IMG/VR virus record: IMGVR_UViG_3300037418_000840
Length of the DNA stretch: 64,000 bases
Reading direction: 5' to 3' (one strand)
Source of the DNA: a virus
Taxonomy: Duplodnaviria > Caudoviricetes
Below, piece after piece: positions 19,844-30,258 of the stretch (its first letter is position 1; each line of letters opens with the position of its first letter). The translations under genes were made by a program, and so were the position numbers. The notes below the pieces were generated by a model. The model saw nothing but the letters and a program-made list of their open reading frames with translations. It had not been told where the DNA came from and did not search any database.

Positions 19844-20155
19844 TTAGTGCAGATCGCCGAAATTCCACGTGCTGAACAGCGCACGCAGTTCCGAGTACGA
19901 CGTGACTACGGCCCAGGCTTGAACGCCCTTCTTGGTAGCGATCCGCACCTTGAAGGCACCGAGTTCGTAGTCACACACCAAACTAGCGCGAAACTTACCT
20001 TGACCGCGGATTTCGATCGAGTCTCGAAACACTCGATCGTTCTCTTCGTTTACCATTGATACGCGGATGGCCCGTTTGACGCGGATGCCGGCCTCGTGCA
20101 ACGATTGGGCAAAGACGGCGGTCGACTTACGGACGTTGGAAGCGATGGTCAACAT
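19844..20155 (-). CDS. hypothetical protein
   Basis: start MLTIA after AAAGGGA. Confidence 0.55.
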   Translation of the reverse strand: MLTIASNVRKSTAVFAQSLHEAGIRVKRAIRVSMVNEENDRVFRDSIEIRGQGKFRASLVCDYELGAFKVRIATKKGVQAWAVVTSYSELRALFSTWNFGDLH

Positions 20156-20241
20156 GATGGATCCCTTTCGGTAGGATAGGAAACAGAAACGACGAGAGCG
20201 ACCCGAAGGCCGCTCGATTGCGAAACGAAACAAACGAAACG

Positions 20242-20556
20242 TTAGTGCGCCAGTTCGATACCGAACTCGTTGCTGAGAACGCGCTCGAACTGCTTGAACG
20301 ACTTGACGACGCGCGAACCGCAGTTCTGCACTTCATCGCCCGACACCGTGAGACCGGTGATGCGCATCGTGCGCGCGTCGCGATCGACGTCGACGACGAG
20401 GAGGTCACGACGCTTTCCTGTGCGATTGGCGATGATCTCGAAGCGCGGACCCGACGCAGAACGAAACGCAGGAGTCACCTTGAGTTTCGTCGACTTGCGG
20501 ATCGCATCGGCGAAGGCGTTGACTTTCGGAGCGGAGATGGCTTTGGCGTTGAACAT
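20242..20556 (-). CDS. hypothetical protein
   Basis: first gene after a sigma70 promoter. Confidence 0.6.
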   Translation of the reverse strand: MFNAKAISAPKVNAFADAIRKSTKLKVTPAFRSASGPRFEIIANRTGKRRDLLVVDVDRDARTMRITGLTVSGDEVQNCGSRVVKSFKQFERVLSNEFGIELAH

Positions 20557-20644
20557 GGCGTTACCTTTTCGGTGGGTTAGTTAAACAGTAGGGGCGGGCC
20601 GCGTTGCGCACGCTGCGCTTTGCATCTACTCCCGTCCACGCCTT

Positions 20645-20673
20645 ATTGTACCACGGGCCGCCGGCGACCGCAA
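20645..20673 (-). promoter_or_regulatory. sigma70-type (early) promoter
   Basis: TTGCGG-17 nt-TACAAT with extended TG; shares CGTGGTAYAAT with the 5419 promoter. Confidence 0.6.
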
Positions 20674-20791
20674 TACCCCCTTGTTGCAGAAACGCAACGC
20701 TGCGCCCAGGGGTGGAGATTCAGCATATCAATGAAAAGGCCCGCACGGGGATCCTTATGTGCAGGACTGGAGTCCTGTACGTCCAAAACAA

Positions 20792-20823
20792 AGGGACGGG
20801 TCCCTAAACAAGGACCCGTCCCT
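20792..20823 (-). terminator. intrinsic terminator
   Basis: perfect 12-bp stem AGGGACGGGTCC/GGACCCGTCCCT followed by TTGTTTTG on the minus strand. Confidence 0.7.
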
Positions 20824-21048
20824 CTGTGTGCGGTAACGCACTAAGCGTCTCAACTCGTAGACTACGGGCCAAGGACTAGGTCAGACAGCGATCTCTCCCC
20901 GATTCAATGATCAGCATGAGACTGGCCTCTGATTGCCTCCTTGAAAACCATCGCGTCTTGTGTTGTCTGCAATCCGGCGGATGCAGAACTTCAGGTCAGT
21001 CAAAGTAGCGCGCATCGTGTATGCACCATCTGCCAACAGGCGACTCGG

Positions 21049-21324
21049 CTACGACGCGTTACGTGGAGTGAAAGTGGCCCGAATCATCGGTCCGGTCAAA
21101 GGACCACAATCGAGAGGCTTTCCGTGTCCGATCCACGGAGCCTTCCCCGATCGGGGACCTAATACGCGAACAGATCTAACCGACAATGAGTCGCGCACCC
21201 ATGTCGGGGACCGATGATCGTATCGTCGTAGACAAGACCATGAAGATGGCAACCACCAAAGGTTGTGCATCCACTTGAGAATTGTCCACCAACGACGGGC
21301 CGCTCCGAAGAGCGAACCAAACAT
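21049..21324 (-). CDS. possible small Trp-rich protein
   Basis: AAGGA RBS then MFGSLFG; composition atypical. Confidence 0.3.
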   Translation of the reverse strand: MFGSLFGAARRWWTILKWMHNLWWLPSSWSCLRRYDHRSPTWVRDSLSVRSVRVLGPRSGKAPWIGHGKPLDCGPLTGPMIRATFTPRNAS

Positions 21325-21335
21325 AGAGTCCTTGT

Positions 21336-21548
21336 CTATCGTTCGACTGGCGTTTTGGGCTTGATCGTAACCTCCACCCAATTCGCCATGTCGGTCAATG
21401 CGTCCAGGAAACGCTGAGGCAAATCTACTGGACCCTCAGCAATTGTCTTGAGGCGGTCGAGTGTCAGCAAGAATTCCTTAGCATCGGCCTTGCGTTCGGC
21501 GCGTTGCTTGTTTGCTTCGAACTCGTACGCACTATCATAGTGTCCCAC
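21336..21548 (-). CDS. hypothetical protein
   Basis: GAGGAG RBS, GTG start. Confidence 0.55.
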   Translation of the reverse strand: MGHYDSAYEFEANKQRAERKADAKEFLLTLDRLKTIAEGPVDLPQRFLDALTDMANWVEVTIKPKTPVER

Positions 21549-21584
21549 GTGACTCTCCTCAGCGCTTCCGTTGTCGACTGTTGA

Positions 21585-22085
21585 TCAGACGACGATGTTG
21601 TCGATCAGGAACTGTACACGAAGTGCCGCGCGGTCCACCTCGTTGACCGCGCTGTTGATCGAGTTGACGGTCGAGCTTGCTTGACTCGAGTAGTCCGGCA
21701 CTCGCGATGGCGATCCTTCCGCCTTTTCGTTGTCGGTGTCATCGAACAGTCGGCGCGGCAGATGGGGCTCCATCTTGTTGTTCAGGTCAACCAGCAACGA
21801 ATGCAGATCGCTGATTGCTTGATTGAGGGTCGTCGTCGCAGCTTCGACTTGCGACTGCTCGGGCAATGTGCCGATCACGCGTTTCGTCTGCATGGGTCCT
21901 TCATCGTCCTGGACCAACTTGGTCGAAGGCGCGAGTTCGAGGCGAACCATCGACGCGAGATCGGACAACGAGACCGGGCAACCGTCGACGAGAACTTGTG
22001 GCGGCAACTTGGCCTTGAGCGACGACGCCGCTTGACGGCCTGGAACACGCTTCGCCTGCGACTTGCTTGCGCTGATACTGGACAT
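21585..22085 (-). CDS. hypothetical protein
   Basis: AAAGGAG RBS. Confidence 0.65.
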   Translation of the reverse strand: MSSISASKSQAKRVPGRQAASSLKAKLPPQVLVDGCPVSLSDLASMVRLELAPSTKLVQDDEGPMQTKRVIGTLPEQSQVEAATTTLNQAISDLHSLLVDLNNKMEPHLPRRLFDDTDNEKAEGSPSRVPDYSSQASSTVNSINSAVNEVDRAALRVQFLIDNIVV

Positions 22086-22176
22086 GGTCTCTCCTTTGGA
22101 TAGTGCTCATTGGGTATTGGGAACCTCTAGAGCGGTTAGAACGTCTAGAACGTAACCGGAATGCCGACCCGTCGTG

Positions 22177-22929
22177 TTAGACGAGAAGCGGCTTTTTCTT
22201 GCGCTTCAACTCAACAAGTTTCTCCTTGATGGCCCGCACCGTTTCGGGATGCTTGTGCAGGTTGTCACGGAGGTGACGCAGTTCCTTACGCGAGAACTTG
22301 CCGCGCGTACGGATCGCATTGAGGGCCGCCATGTCGGTGCCGTTGCGGATCTTGTCCACGAACATGATGAACGACGGCTTGAACCCATCGTCGGTTTCCT
22401 CGACACCGGCCTTTGCCAGCTTCGCCACGTTGTCCACTTCGTCCGGACCGTACATATCGACCTTGAGGTCGTTGCTGTCGTCGTCATCGTCGTCCTTGAC
22501 GGGACGGCCGTGCTCGTCAGCGATGTACATGTCGACGTTCGATTGGGCGATGGTGCGTGCGGCACCAGCCTTGCGCACGTGACGCTCGGTATCATCGAGG
22601 CGTGCTTGTTCTTCACGCGCACCCGGACGCGCTTGAATTTCTTTGGCGGCTTCCGGTGTGATGATGGTCAGCACGCCACTTGCAACTGCGGTACGGAACT
22701 GCGAGGACTGGAGCAGACGCTCACGGCCAAACATCGCGGCCGCGTCTTGCGGCAACCATGTTTCTTTGATGACCAACGCGTCGGCGTCGCGGCCGTGAAG
22801 GCCCGGGATCGCCATAACGATCTCGGCCGACGTATCGAGTTTCGACGTTGCAACGCTGTTCAAGATCCACACGGGACCACGTGGACCCTGCTCTTCGAGA
22901 TCAGCGATGGTAAGCGTTTTGATTCCCAT
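22177..22929 (-). CDS. hypothetical protein
   Basis: 250-aa ORF; its N-terminal part resembles the C-terminal part of 25868-27052. Confidence 0.7.
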   Translation of the reverse strand: MGIKTLTIADLEEQGPRGPVWILNSVATSKLDTSAEIVMAIPGLHGRDADALVIKETWLPQDAAAMFGRERLLQSSQFRTAVASGVLTIITPEAAKEIQARPGAREEQARLDDTERHVRKAGAARTIAQSNVDMYIADEHGRPVKDDDDDDSNDLKVDMYGPDEVDNVAKLAKAGVEETDDGFKPSFIMFVDKIRNGTDMAALNAIRTRGKFSRKELRHLRDNLHKHPETVRAIKEKLVELKRKKKPLLV

Positions 22930-23040
22930 GATGTTGCTCCAAAATATGATTCAAGATAAACTACATGCTTGCGATGTGGGAATTGGGTTGCATGTGATGA
23001 GGGGCACGTCTAACGCATGCCCTCTACGCAAAACTATTTA

Positions 23041-23388
23041 CTACACGACAATGATAATCTCCGCCAGATCACGAAGCTCATCGTCAACACGAATAAACGG
23101 CGCGACTCTCAGTACGCCCCCTGCAGATTGTACGCGCGCATTCCAATTAGCGTAAGTTGCGTAGTAGGTGGCTTTTTCGTTTTTAAGAAACTCGCTGACC
23201 GCAGTTTTGAACACGTCCTCATATGGCACGTTATTGATCAGAGCTACTATGTGGCGTATCACTGAACGGACTGTACGATCAGTAGCCATGACTCCGACTA
23301 CGTTACCTTCTTCGGCAAGACTTATGGCCTTCCGTAGTCGACGTTCGAGTCGCTCCAAGTCTATCTGCATGGGCGTCATTGTGGTCAT
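23041..23388 (-). CDS. hypothetical protein
   Basis: ORF in packed run. Confidence 0.55.
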   Translation of the reverse strand: MTTMTPMQIDLERLERRLRKAISLAEEGNVVGVMATDRTVRSVIRHIVALINNVPYEDVFKTAVSEFLKNEKATYYATYANWNARVQSAGGVLRVAPFIRVDDELRDLAEIIIVV

Positions 23389-23687
23389 GACGTGATATCC
23401 TTGCGAATGTTGTGCAAGACTGTGCTCTTCAAGAGACTGAGCAGCGGTCCTTCGATCGGCGGCAGGCCCACGCGCTTCGCATAGTCGTTGGCCGAGAATT
23501 CGTGTTGACCCGTCTTCTCGTTGTAGGTGCCGAACGTGTCACTGTACATGCAACGTCCGTGGATGCGATGCTTCCACATACACGAACCCTTGGGCAACGG
23601 ACACGACTGAACGACCAACTGCTTCTGAATCACAACACAGTAGGTTCCGCGTTGCGATGTCGTTGGGTCTTCAACTACGTTGCTCAT
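23385..23687 (-). CDS. Cys-containing hypothetical protein
   Basis: C...CP..CMW...C motif. Confidence 0.55.
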   Translation of the reverse strand: MSNVVEDPTTSQRGTYCVVIQKQLVVQSCPLPKGSCMWKHRIHGRCMYSDTFGTYNEKTGQHEFSANDYAKRVGLPPIEGPLLSLLKSTVLHNIRKDITS

Positions 23688-24214
23688 CGTGTGATCCTCC
23701 AATAAAGAGCATCGATAGCCCGTCGATCGTTGGCCCACATTTGATCAGGGAGATGACACATGTGATGCCACGAAAGACTGTAGCACTTGTCGGGCTCCAT
23801 GTTGCGCTCCGTGCCGCGATCCTTAAACTGGATCGCATAGTAGAGCATGAGATATGGATCCCCGTTGGGCTGCACGTCGTGGGCAATCCATAGGGGTTCC
23901 ATCTTGTGAGGCAGTAGTTCAAGGCCGAGCTCCTCTCGGACCTCGCGAAGGGCCGCATCCACAGGATTGGGTTCTTCGATCTTGCCCCCGGTCAAGACAT
24001 GAAGTCCGTGTCCGAAGTCTTTGCGACGATGTTGAAGCAGCACGTCGAATCCATTGTAGAGGGCGACGGCGACTCCCACGTGATGGCGAGGCTCATCCTG
24101 TTCCGTTATCTGGGTCGCACGCGCGCGATTCCACACAAGCTGATGATCATGCCATGCACTGCTGTTGGGCTGGACGTGAAGATCGTCCATCAGTTGTTCA
24201 AACTTGGTCATCAT
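23684..24214 (-). CDS. Nudix hydrolase
   Basis: GGKIEEPNPVDAALREVREELG Nudix box. Confidence 0.85.
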   Translation of the reverse strand: MMTKFEQLMDDLHVQPNSSAWHDHQLVWNRARATQITEQDEPRHHVGVAVALYNGFDVLLQHRRKDFGHGLHVLTGGKIEEPNPVDAALREVREELGLELLPHKMEPLWIAHDVQPNGDPYLMLYYAIQFKDRGTERNMEPDKCYSLSWHHMCHLPDQMWANDRRAIDALYWRITR

Positions 24215-24218
24215 AACC

Positions 24219-24602
24219 TCAAGGTAGGACGATGACTCGGCGCGCAGGATAACCACGCTCCTTGTCTTGGTCGTATCCAGCGCGATCGGTGCGGCTCCAC
24301 AGCGTCCCAGAGTCGGTGTATGCGGATTCGTAGTGCAGTTCGCACTTTTCCAAATCAACGGGTTCGTCATCATCACTGATGTATGACCAAGCAACTAGAC
24401 GATGGTCGTCCGGTGCGTAGTAGACGCCGTCGTCTCGAAGCCAACCGACGTTACCTCCGGCCCCGTACACAAGACATCCAGTTACGATCGTACCGTTCGC
24501 TAGCTTGAGATTGACTTGGACATCAACTGGCGGCCACACCGGTTTTGTGGACGTCCACTTACTCAACTTGTTCACGTGTCTCTCCAAGGACTTGACCATC
24601 AT
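24219..24602 (-). CDS. hypothetical protein
   Basis: ORF in packed run. Confidence 0.5.
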   Translation of the reverse strand: MMVKSLERHVNKLSKWTSTKPVWPPVDVQVNLKLANGTIVTGCLVYGAGGNVGWLRDDGVYYAPDDHRLVAWSYISDDDEPVDLEKCELHYESAYTDSGTLWSRTDRAGYDQDKERGYPARRVIVLP

Positions 24603-24825
24603 AAACCACGCCGAGAAATTCGGCCCATGTATGAGCTTCGCTCAGCGCATTGGCACGAACTGTAGTCTTCATTGGATATATGATTCCCTGTTCGTCAAAG
24701 ATCTTTGACTTGGCCGGTCTCTGCGATAGGTTGGTTAGCTTGACCCACCACGAAGGACCACATGATTCGCGCATGAGTGCCACTTCGACTTTGAAGTGCG
24801 GGACTTGAAGTGCTGGGATGGTCAT
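24559..24825 (-). CDS. hypothetical protein
   Basis: ATGA overlap with the nuclease stop. Confidence 0.5.
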   Translation of the reverse strand: MTIPALQVPHFKVEVALMRESCGPSWWVKLTNLSQRPAKSKIFDEQGIIYPMKTTVRANALSEAHTWAEFLGVVYDGQVLGETREQVE

Positions 24826-25868
24826 GCGGCCCTCTTGTAGCGTTGACGTGGATCTTGCACAGAGTTGATGATACGACGACGGATGGACCTCACGCGCTTG
24901 CGCATCTGTTCCTCGACATCCAGCGACGCAATCCATTCACGGAAGAAATCATCGGTACGAATCACAAGCTGAGTTCCTTCCTTGATGTCTTCGGTCAGGA
25001 CTGCAGCAAGATCGGCTTTGGTCTTAAAGTTCTTCAGTACCACAATGTTCTTGCGGTGAGCGTAATCTTCGGCAGACACGTCACACCCGTCCTGGATAAC
25101 GAGCTTCACCAGATCAGTTCTGCGCGTCGGTATGTTTGCCAAGTCATCGCGCGTCTGTAGAACGACCGTGTGCAACTTGTACTTCGGATCGTTCTTAATG
25201 AGACGCACGTCGTGTTCGTCCGGCGAATCGAAGGTCACGTGTGCGAAATACTTGGGCAGCTTCTCACCAAAGTTGCTCTGGTAGAGAGTGCCCATGAACG
25301 TCGTGTTCCGTACACGATGCGCGGTATGTAGGTGACCGCCCAAAGCCACGGCCTTGGACTTGCTGAGTTGCTCGTCCTTGTTGATGCGACCACTATCACC
25401 TTGCGAACCGTAGACCTCGTTGTGAAACAGGTTGAGGGCCGTAACGTCAAACGACGTGTGTGGATAGGGCAGGATACGCAACGGTGTCCCATCGATTTCG
25501 ATGGTCTTCGGCTTGGTGAAGAACTTGACGTGGCGGCCGCGATAGATACGGGCCAGCAACTGGAGCGAATGACCAGCCGATGCGTCCTCACCGTACATGT
25601 CGTGATTCCCCAAGAAGACGAGGAACTTCCGATCCGTGTAAGCGTCAAAGAAATCGACCAACGACATCATTGCCTCGTACGACATGCGGGGTCCGTCACA
25701 CACGTCGCCCATCAAAGCTATGGTCTCCACGTCTTTGCGCCGCGCATAGTCGGCAGCTTTTCCTAGCTCTCCAATGACAAACAGGTCCGGGTCCTCGATG
25801 TACTTTGCGAGGCCACCCGAACCTGTACTGTCCGTGAGATGCAGGTCACCAACAGTAACCAAGTCCAT
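24822..25868 (-). CDS. SbcD/Mre11/gp47-like metallophosphoesterase nuclease
   Basis: GDLH, GDVCD, GNHD, GGHLH calcineurin-like motifs. Confidence 0.85.
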   Translation of the reverse strand: MDLVTVGDLHLTDSTGSGGLAKYIEDPDLFVIGELGKAADYARRKDVETIALMGDVCDGPRMSYEAMMSLVDFFDAYTDRKFLVFLGNHDMYGEDASAGHSLQLLARIYRGRHVKFFTKPKTIEIDGTPLRILPYPHTSFDVTALNLFHNEVYGSQGDSGRINKDEQLSKSKAVALGGHLHTAHRVRNTTFMGTLYQSNFGEKLPKYFAHVTFDSPDEHDVRLIKNDPKYKLHTVVLQTRDDLANIPTRRTDLVKLVIQDGCDVSAEDYAHRKNIVVLKNFKTKADLAAVLTEDIKEGTQLVIRTDDFFREWIASLDVEEQMRKRVRSIRRRIINSVQDPRQRYKRAA

Positions 25869-27052
25869 CAGTCACCCTTCTCATCAGGATACATCAAGTC
25901 GTAGGGGTTTACGATCTCGACCTTCGATTCAGCGATTGTACGCGGAGCACCCACGGTCCTGATCTTTGCTTCGAAGTCTTCGAGTCGTTTAACTTCCGCT
26001 GCGACTTTCGCTTTATCGGCCAGGAGCTTGCGCGCGTAGCTCGGGCTCACGATCGTCAGTGACTTTGACGCAATCGCACGTTGGAAGGTATCCGACGAGA
26101 AGATCGCCAGCCGATCAACGTTGGGGACGCAGTGTGGGATCCACGTTGTCTTGAGGTGGAACAACCGTTCACGATCGCTAGCTTCGTAGACAAACAGTAC
26201 GTCGCTACGGCGGCCAACCGGCGATTCTTCTGTGGTGTTGATGACCCACACTTCGTCACGAAGAAGAGCCTCGTCAAGGGACAGACCGCGCTTAGGCACG
26301 AACCAGTCTTCGAGGCGCACCATCGTACGAGTCCACCACGATGGACGTTCGACCTTACGCAGTAGCTCCGCGTTCTTCCTCTTGAGGGACTTGATCTCCC
26401 GTTCAAGATAATGAACTTGATTTTTGGACTGCTCGTAGTTTTCCCTGAGTGCGGTGTATGACAGACCAGTTTGCTCTTCGCATTCGAGATCGGCCAAGAA
26501 CTGGTCGACGTCGATCCCAGCGGCGGCCATCCACATACGCAACGGGATACTGATTCGATCGTTTTCGGCCTTACCCTCGACCACCGACGCGGTATCCCGG
26601 ACCTCGTGAGGCAAGACATAGACTGCAGTCATGGCCGATGGGTCAGCCACACACGACTCATGGTAGAGATCGACCTTGGTTCCACGTTCTTCGGCCACGG
26701 TGTCGGGCTCGTTGGGTGTGGACAAGCGCTCCAATGCTTGATGATCGATGTAGCCGACGTGTAGCAGTTCGATTTCGACCGGCTGGTCTTCACCGTTCTG
26801 TGCACCGAATTCATCACGCTTGCGCAAGATCTCAGCGATCTGCTCGGCGTTGAGTTTGGGCATCATCACCGGCTCAGCCACCTTGGTTCCAGGAATAGCC
26901 CAACGAAGGAGAAGGTCCGACTGCTCGACCGTTTGTCGATCTTCGTTGACTTTGGGTTCCGGCGACGGAGGCGGTGCCGCAGGACGTTCGGTACGGATGG
27001 GGCGACGCGGTCGCTTCTTCTTCTTCGGCTTGCTACTATCTTGTTCGTTCAT
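25868..27052 (-). CDS. hypothetical protein with coiled coil
   Basis: 394-aa ORF; GTAAATA upstream (27133-27139). Confidence 0.7.
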   Translation of the reverse strand: MNEQDSSKPKKKKRPRRPIRTERPAAPPPSPEPKVNEDRQTVEQSDLLLRWAIPGTKVAEPVMMPKLNAEQIAEILRKRDEFGAQNGEDQPVEIELLHVGYIDHQALERLSTPNEPDTVAEERGTKVDLYHESCVADPSAMTAVYVLPHEVRDTASVVEGKAENDRISIPLRMWMAAAGIDVDQFLADLECEEQTGLSYTALRENYEQSKNQVHYLEREIKSLKRKNAELLRKVERPSWWTRTMVRLEDWFVPKRGLSLDEALLRDEVWVINTTEESPVGRRSDVLFVYEASDRERLFHLKTTWIPHCVPNVDRLAIFSSDTFQRAIASKSLTIVSPSYARKLLADKAKVAAEVKRLEDFEAKIRTVGAPRTIAESKVEIVNPYDLMYPDEKGD

Positions 27053-27135
27053 AAGGTACTCCAGTTAGGAGTGGGAAACGGGTTCCAACTAGGGGCCAAT
27101 CTCTTAATGGAATGAGGCCCGGCGCTGTGCCATAT

Positions 27136-27915
27136 TTACGCTCCGTTCTGGACTGCGTCGAGCGCGGCCAAGACCCAGAAGCGATCAGCAGCCAGTGGGA
27201 ACTTGACGTCAGCCCGCAAGACGAAGCGCGGTACGTGGAGCAACTCACGTACCCTGATTTCCTCAACCCATTCGGTAAGCGGCCGGTTGAAGACTCGACC
27301 GTGGATGTTTCGGTACACTACTTCGCAGTGACCATCGGCTTCGCATTGAGATAGGGTGATCACCTTGTAGTAGTCACCCGCCTTATAATGGGCAAAGACT
27401 TGACCGGGCTGAATCTTGTGGTCGACGTACTGGTAGTCGAATGATGGGTCGTCCATCGACAGGTAGCGTTCGAGAGGGATGGGCATTAGCTTCTCCTTGA
27501 GTGGTTGACTTTTGGCTTGGGCTTGAGCTTGTCGTGCTTTGGTGATTATATGATTGAGGACCGGCCACAGGTCAGGATGGACCAGGAAGTACGGCTTCTG
27601 CCCAGCGAATTGAGATGCGCCTGTTGGCCTTACGTCAGTGATCTTGGATGGATCGATGAGGTAGAGACTTGGCTTGCGCTCCATTCCATGTTCGGCGTTG
27701 AGCCGGCGTTGTTGTCGATCGTGGTACATCACGGTGTGCCACCAACGCTTTCGGTGCTGGACCTTGGGACCTATGACTCGGGTAGCGAGTACCGATTGAT
27801 GGACATGAATCGTTGTCAGATCAACATCTTGGTTTCGACGCAAACATTCGTGACCGATCAGGTCGATAACTTCCAGTTCTTGGTCTGTCATGAGGGCACC
27901 TTCTTGGTTGACCAC
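27136..27915 (-). CDS. protein with C-terminal DUF1653-like domain
   Basis: FAHYKAGDYYKVITL...EVVYR...VFNRPLTEW. Confidence 0.6.
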   Translation of the reverse strand: MVNQEGALMTDQELEVIDLIGHECLRRNQDVDLTTIHVHQSVLATRVIGPKVQHRKRWWHTVMYHDRQQRRLNAEHGMERKPSLYLIDPSKITDVRPTGASQFAGQKPYFLVHPDLWPVLNHIITKARQAQAQAKSQPLKEKLMPIPLERYLSMDDPSFDYQYVDHKIQPGQVFAHYKAGDYYKVITLSQCEADGHCEVVYRNIHGRVFNRPLTEWVEEIRVRELLHVPRFVLRADVKFPLAADRFWVLAALDAVQNGA

Positions 27916-29744
27916 TTCTTCTGTTCATCACGCTCTTTGATCAGAGCTTGAATGCTCGATTCCAATTCTTGAATCCGCGCTTCGTTACCTGCTTTCTTGG
28001 CAGTGGACCGCATACTTCGAAGTGAGTTGAGCTGGCTTGCTATTGGATCACTCCGAATCTTCTGCCACTCTTTTCGTTTGGCCGCCGCCCGACGTTCCTT
28101 TTTGGTCCCGTTAAGCGCGGCCTCCTCGGCTCGACTCAAGTTAGTTGTCCACGTGACATAGTTCCCGAGTTTCTTGGTGATGTCACGACGTATGATTGGT
28201 GCATGATTCATCTGACGAGCGATCGATTCAGCCATCTTCATGGTGGATACGATGGCCAACATCTTCTCATCGCTATCGTGGTTTCGTATGTTACCGCGCC
28301 CAATACACTGGACAGCCTTGTCGATCACGTAGTCCTCATCAGCATCGTATTCTGGTATGATAGCGTTCAGAATCGTAGATGTCTGTGGAGTCGGGTTGAC
28401 CGCTGCCAGGAAGACCACGAGGTTGCTACTCTGATACCCGTTGTTTCCTTCAGCCTTACCTAAGCTGACTTTCGTGAACAATCGCTTGCTGGTCGATACG
28501 TCTTCGTCGTTCTTGTTGAGGAACAACAATCCTTTGTGCGGTTGCCCATACTTGGAGAACCATTGGCGAGCCAGTCGTTCGGCGGTCCGTAGCTGCCAGT
28601 CGAGGATACTGGTCTGCGCGCGAAGCTCACCAAACTTGATCACGAGCTTTCGATGATTGTCCTTGAGTATGCCTGCGTTGAATACGGGGTCTTTCAGATG
28701 CGCAACGACATCGCGCATGTCACCAGTTGCAATTCCAAGTTCGTTCTTCGTTTTGGTCAGGGCCAACACGTTTTTCTTTGGTAACACAACTCCTGAGCTG
28801 AGTTGATATTTGGAGGGTACTCCAGTATCAGCTAACAGCGGTACGAGTTCAAGTTTAGACTGACGCTCACCGATGGCATCCAATGCCATACCGTATCCCT
28901 GATCCAGATACGTGTTCATGAAGGGACGAGTCACATTTTGGAGGATGATGTTCTCGCTACGGAACAAGTGGTACATCTGGCTACGCTCAAAGGCCGCCGA
29001 AAGAATATGGACATCTTTGAATCCAACGAACGGATGACTCGGTAGCATAATCTGTAGCATGACCTTGCCATTTGTGACCGCATAGACACGGAGTCGAACC
29101 GGACCCGCCCCACTCGAAAGGCTAGTGTGTAACATGTCTAACTTCTTGAATTCACGAGCGCTGTGCTTAGTGGAGATCAGATGACGCTTTTGGTTTTCGG
29201 GCACTGCACGCGCGACGAGCTCGTTGATTCCGGCATAGTCTTTGAGTGGACGAACGACGAACAGCGCATTGAACAAGTCCTTGACTCCAGGCTCGTCCAT
29301 GCGAAGTGTCTGTTGAACTACCCACTTGCGACTCTCATCGAATATAACCCGTGTCTGTCCAAACTTCTTATGACGTTTCAGTTTGAGAAACGTTGCGTGG
29401 GTCAAGAATAGGATGGATCCATGAACGAAGGGCTCGATGTCCAACTTCGAATCGTGACGTCCGTTCAACAGAGCATAAACTTGATGTTCGGTACGATCAC
29501 GGCCCATAGTCTGTTCGGAGCCACGAACGGCGCGAATGAACGAATGTAGCTTTCGTGGTAGTCGTTCGTGCAGTCCAGCAATAGTCTGTCTCAATAAATC
29601 GAGAGTTGGTGCCACGTAGAAGATGTAGCCAACCGGATCACCGGAGGCACCAGACTTGACGTGACGACGCATGAGTTCGAGGCACGCTCGAGTCTTGCCT
29701 GTTCCGGGAGGTGCGTCAACATAATTGACAACGAGGTCTTTCAT
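27888..29744 (-). CDS. SF2 helicase-like / origin-binding-like protein
   Basis: Walker A APPGTGKT, Walker B IFDES, motif VI QCIGRGNIR. Confidence 0.7.
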   Translation of the reverse strand: MKDLVVNYVDAPPGTGKTRACLELMRRHVKSGASGDPVGYIFYVAPTLDLLRQTIAGLHERLPRKLHSFIRAVRGSEQTMGRDRTEHQVYALLNGRHDSKLDIEPFVHGSILFLTHATFLKLKRHKKFGQTRVIFDESRKWVVQQTLRMDEPGVKDLFNALFVVRPLKDYAGINELVARAVPENQKRHLISTKHSAREFKKLDMLHTSLSSGAGPVRLRVYAVTNGKVMLQIMLPSHPFVGFKDVHILSAAFERSQMYHLFRSENIILQNVTRPFMNTYLDQGYGMALDAIGERQSKLELVPLLADTGVPSKYQLSSGVVLPKKNVLALTKTKNELGIATGDMRDVVAHLKDPVFNAGILKDNHRKLVIKFGELRAQTSILDWQLRTAERLARQWFSKYGQPHKGLLFLNKNDEDVSTSKRLFTKVSLGKAEGNNGYQSSNLVVFLAAVNPTPQTSTILNAIIPEYDADEDYVIDKAVQCIGRGNIRNHDSDEKMLAIVSTMKMAESIARQMNHAPIIRRDITKKLGNYVTWTTNLSRAEEAALNGTKKERRAAAKRKEWQKIRSDPIASQLNSLRSMRSTAKKAGNEARIQELESSIQALIKERDEQKKWSTKKVPS

Positions 29745-30258
29745 ACGAAATCCTTAGCTCACTGACATCCTCTATTTACGCACCTGTTAATTGTTGCTCG
29801 CCCTTACTATATGTAAAGGGGTCACGACTGTTAAGTTGGTCAGTGTCTACAAAGGGTGCGTCTACGATTTATATAAGCAAGCATACCCCTTAACTTGCAA
29901 GCAAGAAAAAGGACACAGCGCAAGGTTCATCCCAATTCATCCTCTAAATAACAAATCAAAACACGCAGGCCGAAGGCCGAAGTGTTTTGCTATCCCACGG
30001 AGCGCAGCGGAGGGGGATTACAGACAACCCAGAACGCGCGCATTGTGCGCTTGGTCAGCATAGGTCGCCGCGCCTGACGGCTTGCGACCAAAGCACTCGC
30101 CGCCTAGCGGCGGGCTCGTGTTGATTTTGATTGAGGAACCAGCGATTGACACCCGGCCCTCAGGTTGATCCTCTCCTTGACCCGACATGCCAACAGGTTA
30201 CAGCGTTTTCGCTTATCAATCGTAGGCCCGTAAATATCAACGTTAGACGGAGGTCCAA
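29745..30258. other. gene-free strand-switch region with divergent GTAAATA motifs (candidate origin)
   Basis: genes left are minus and genes right are plus; AT-rich part then GC hairpins; motifs at 29773 (-) and 30230 (+). Confidence 0.55.
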
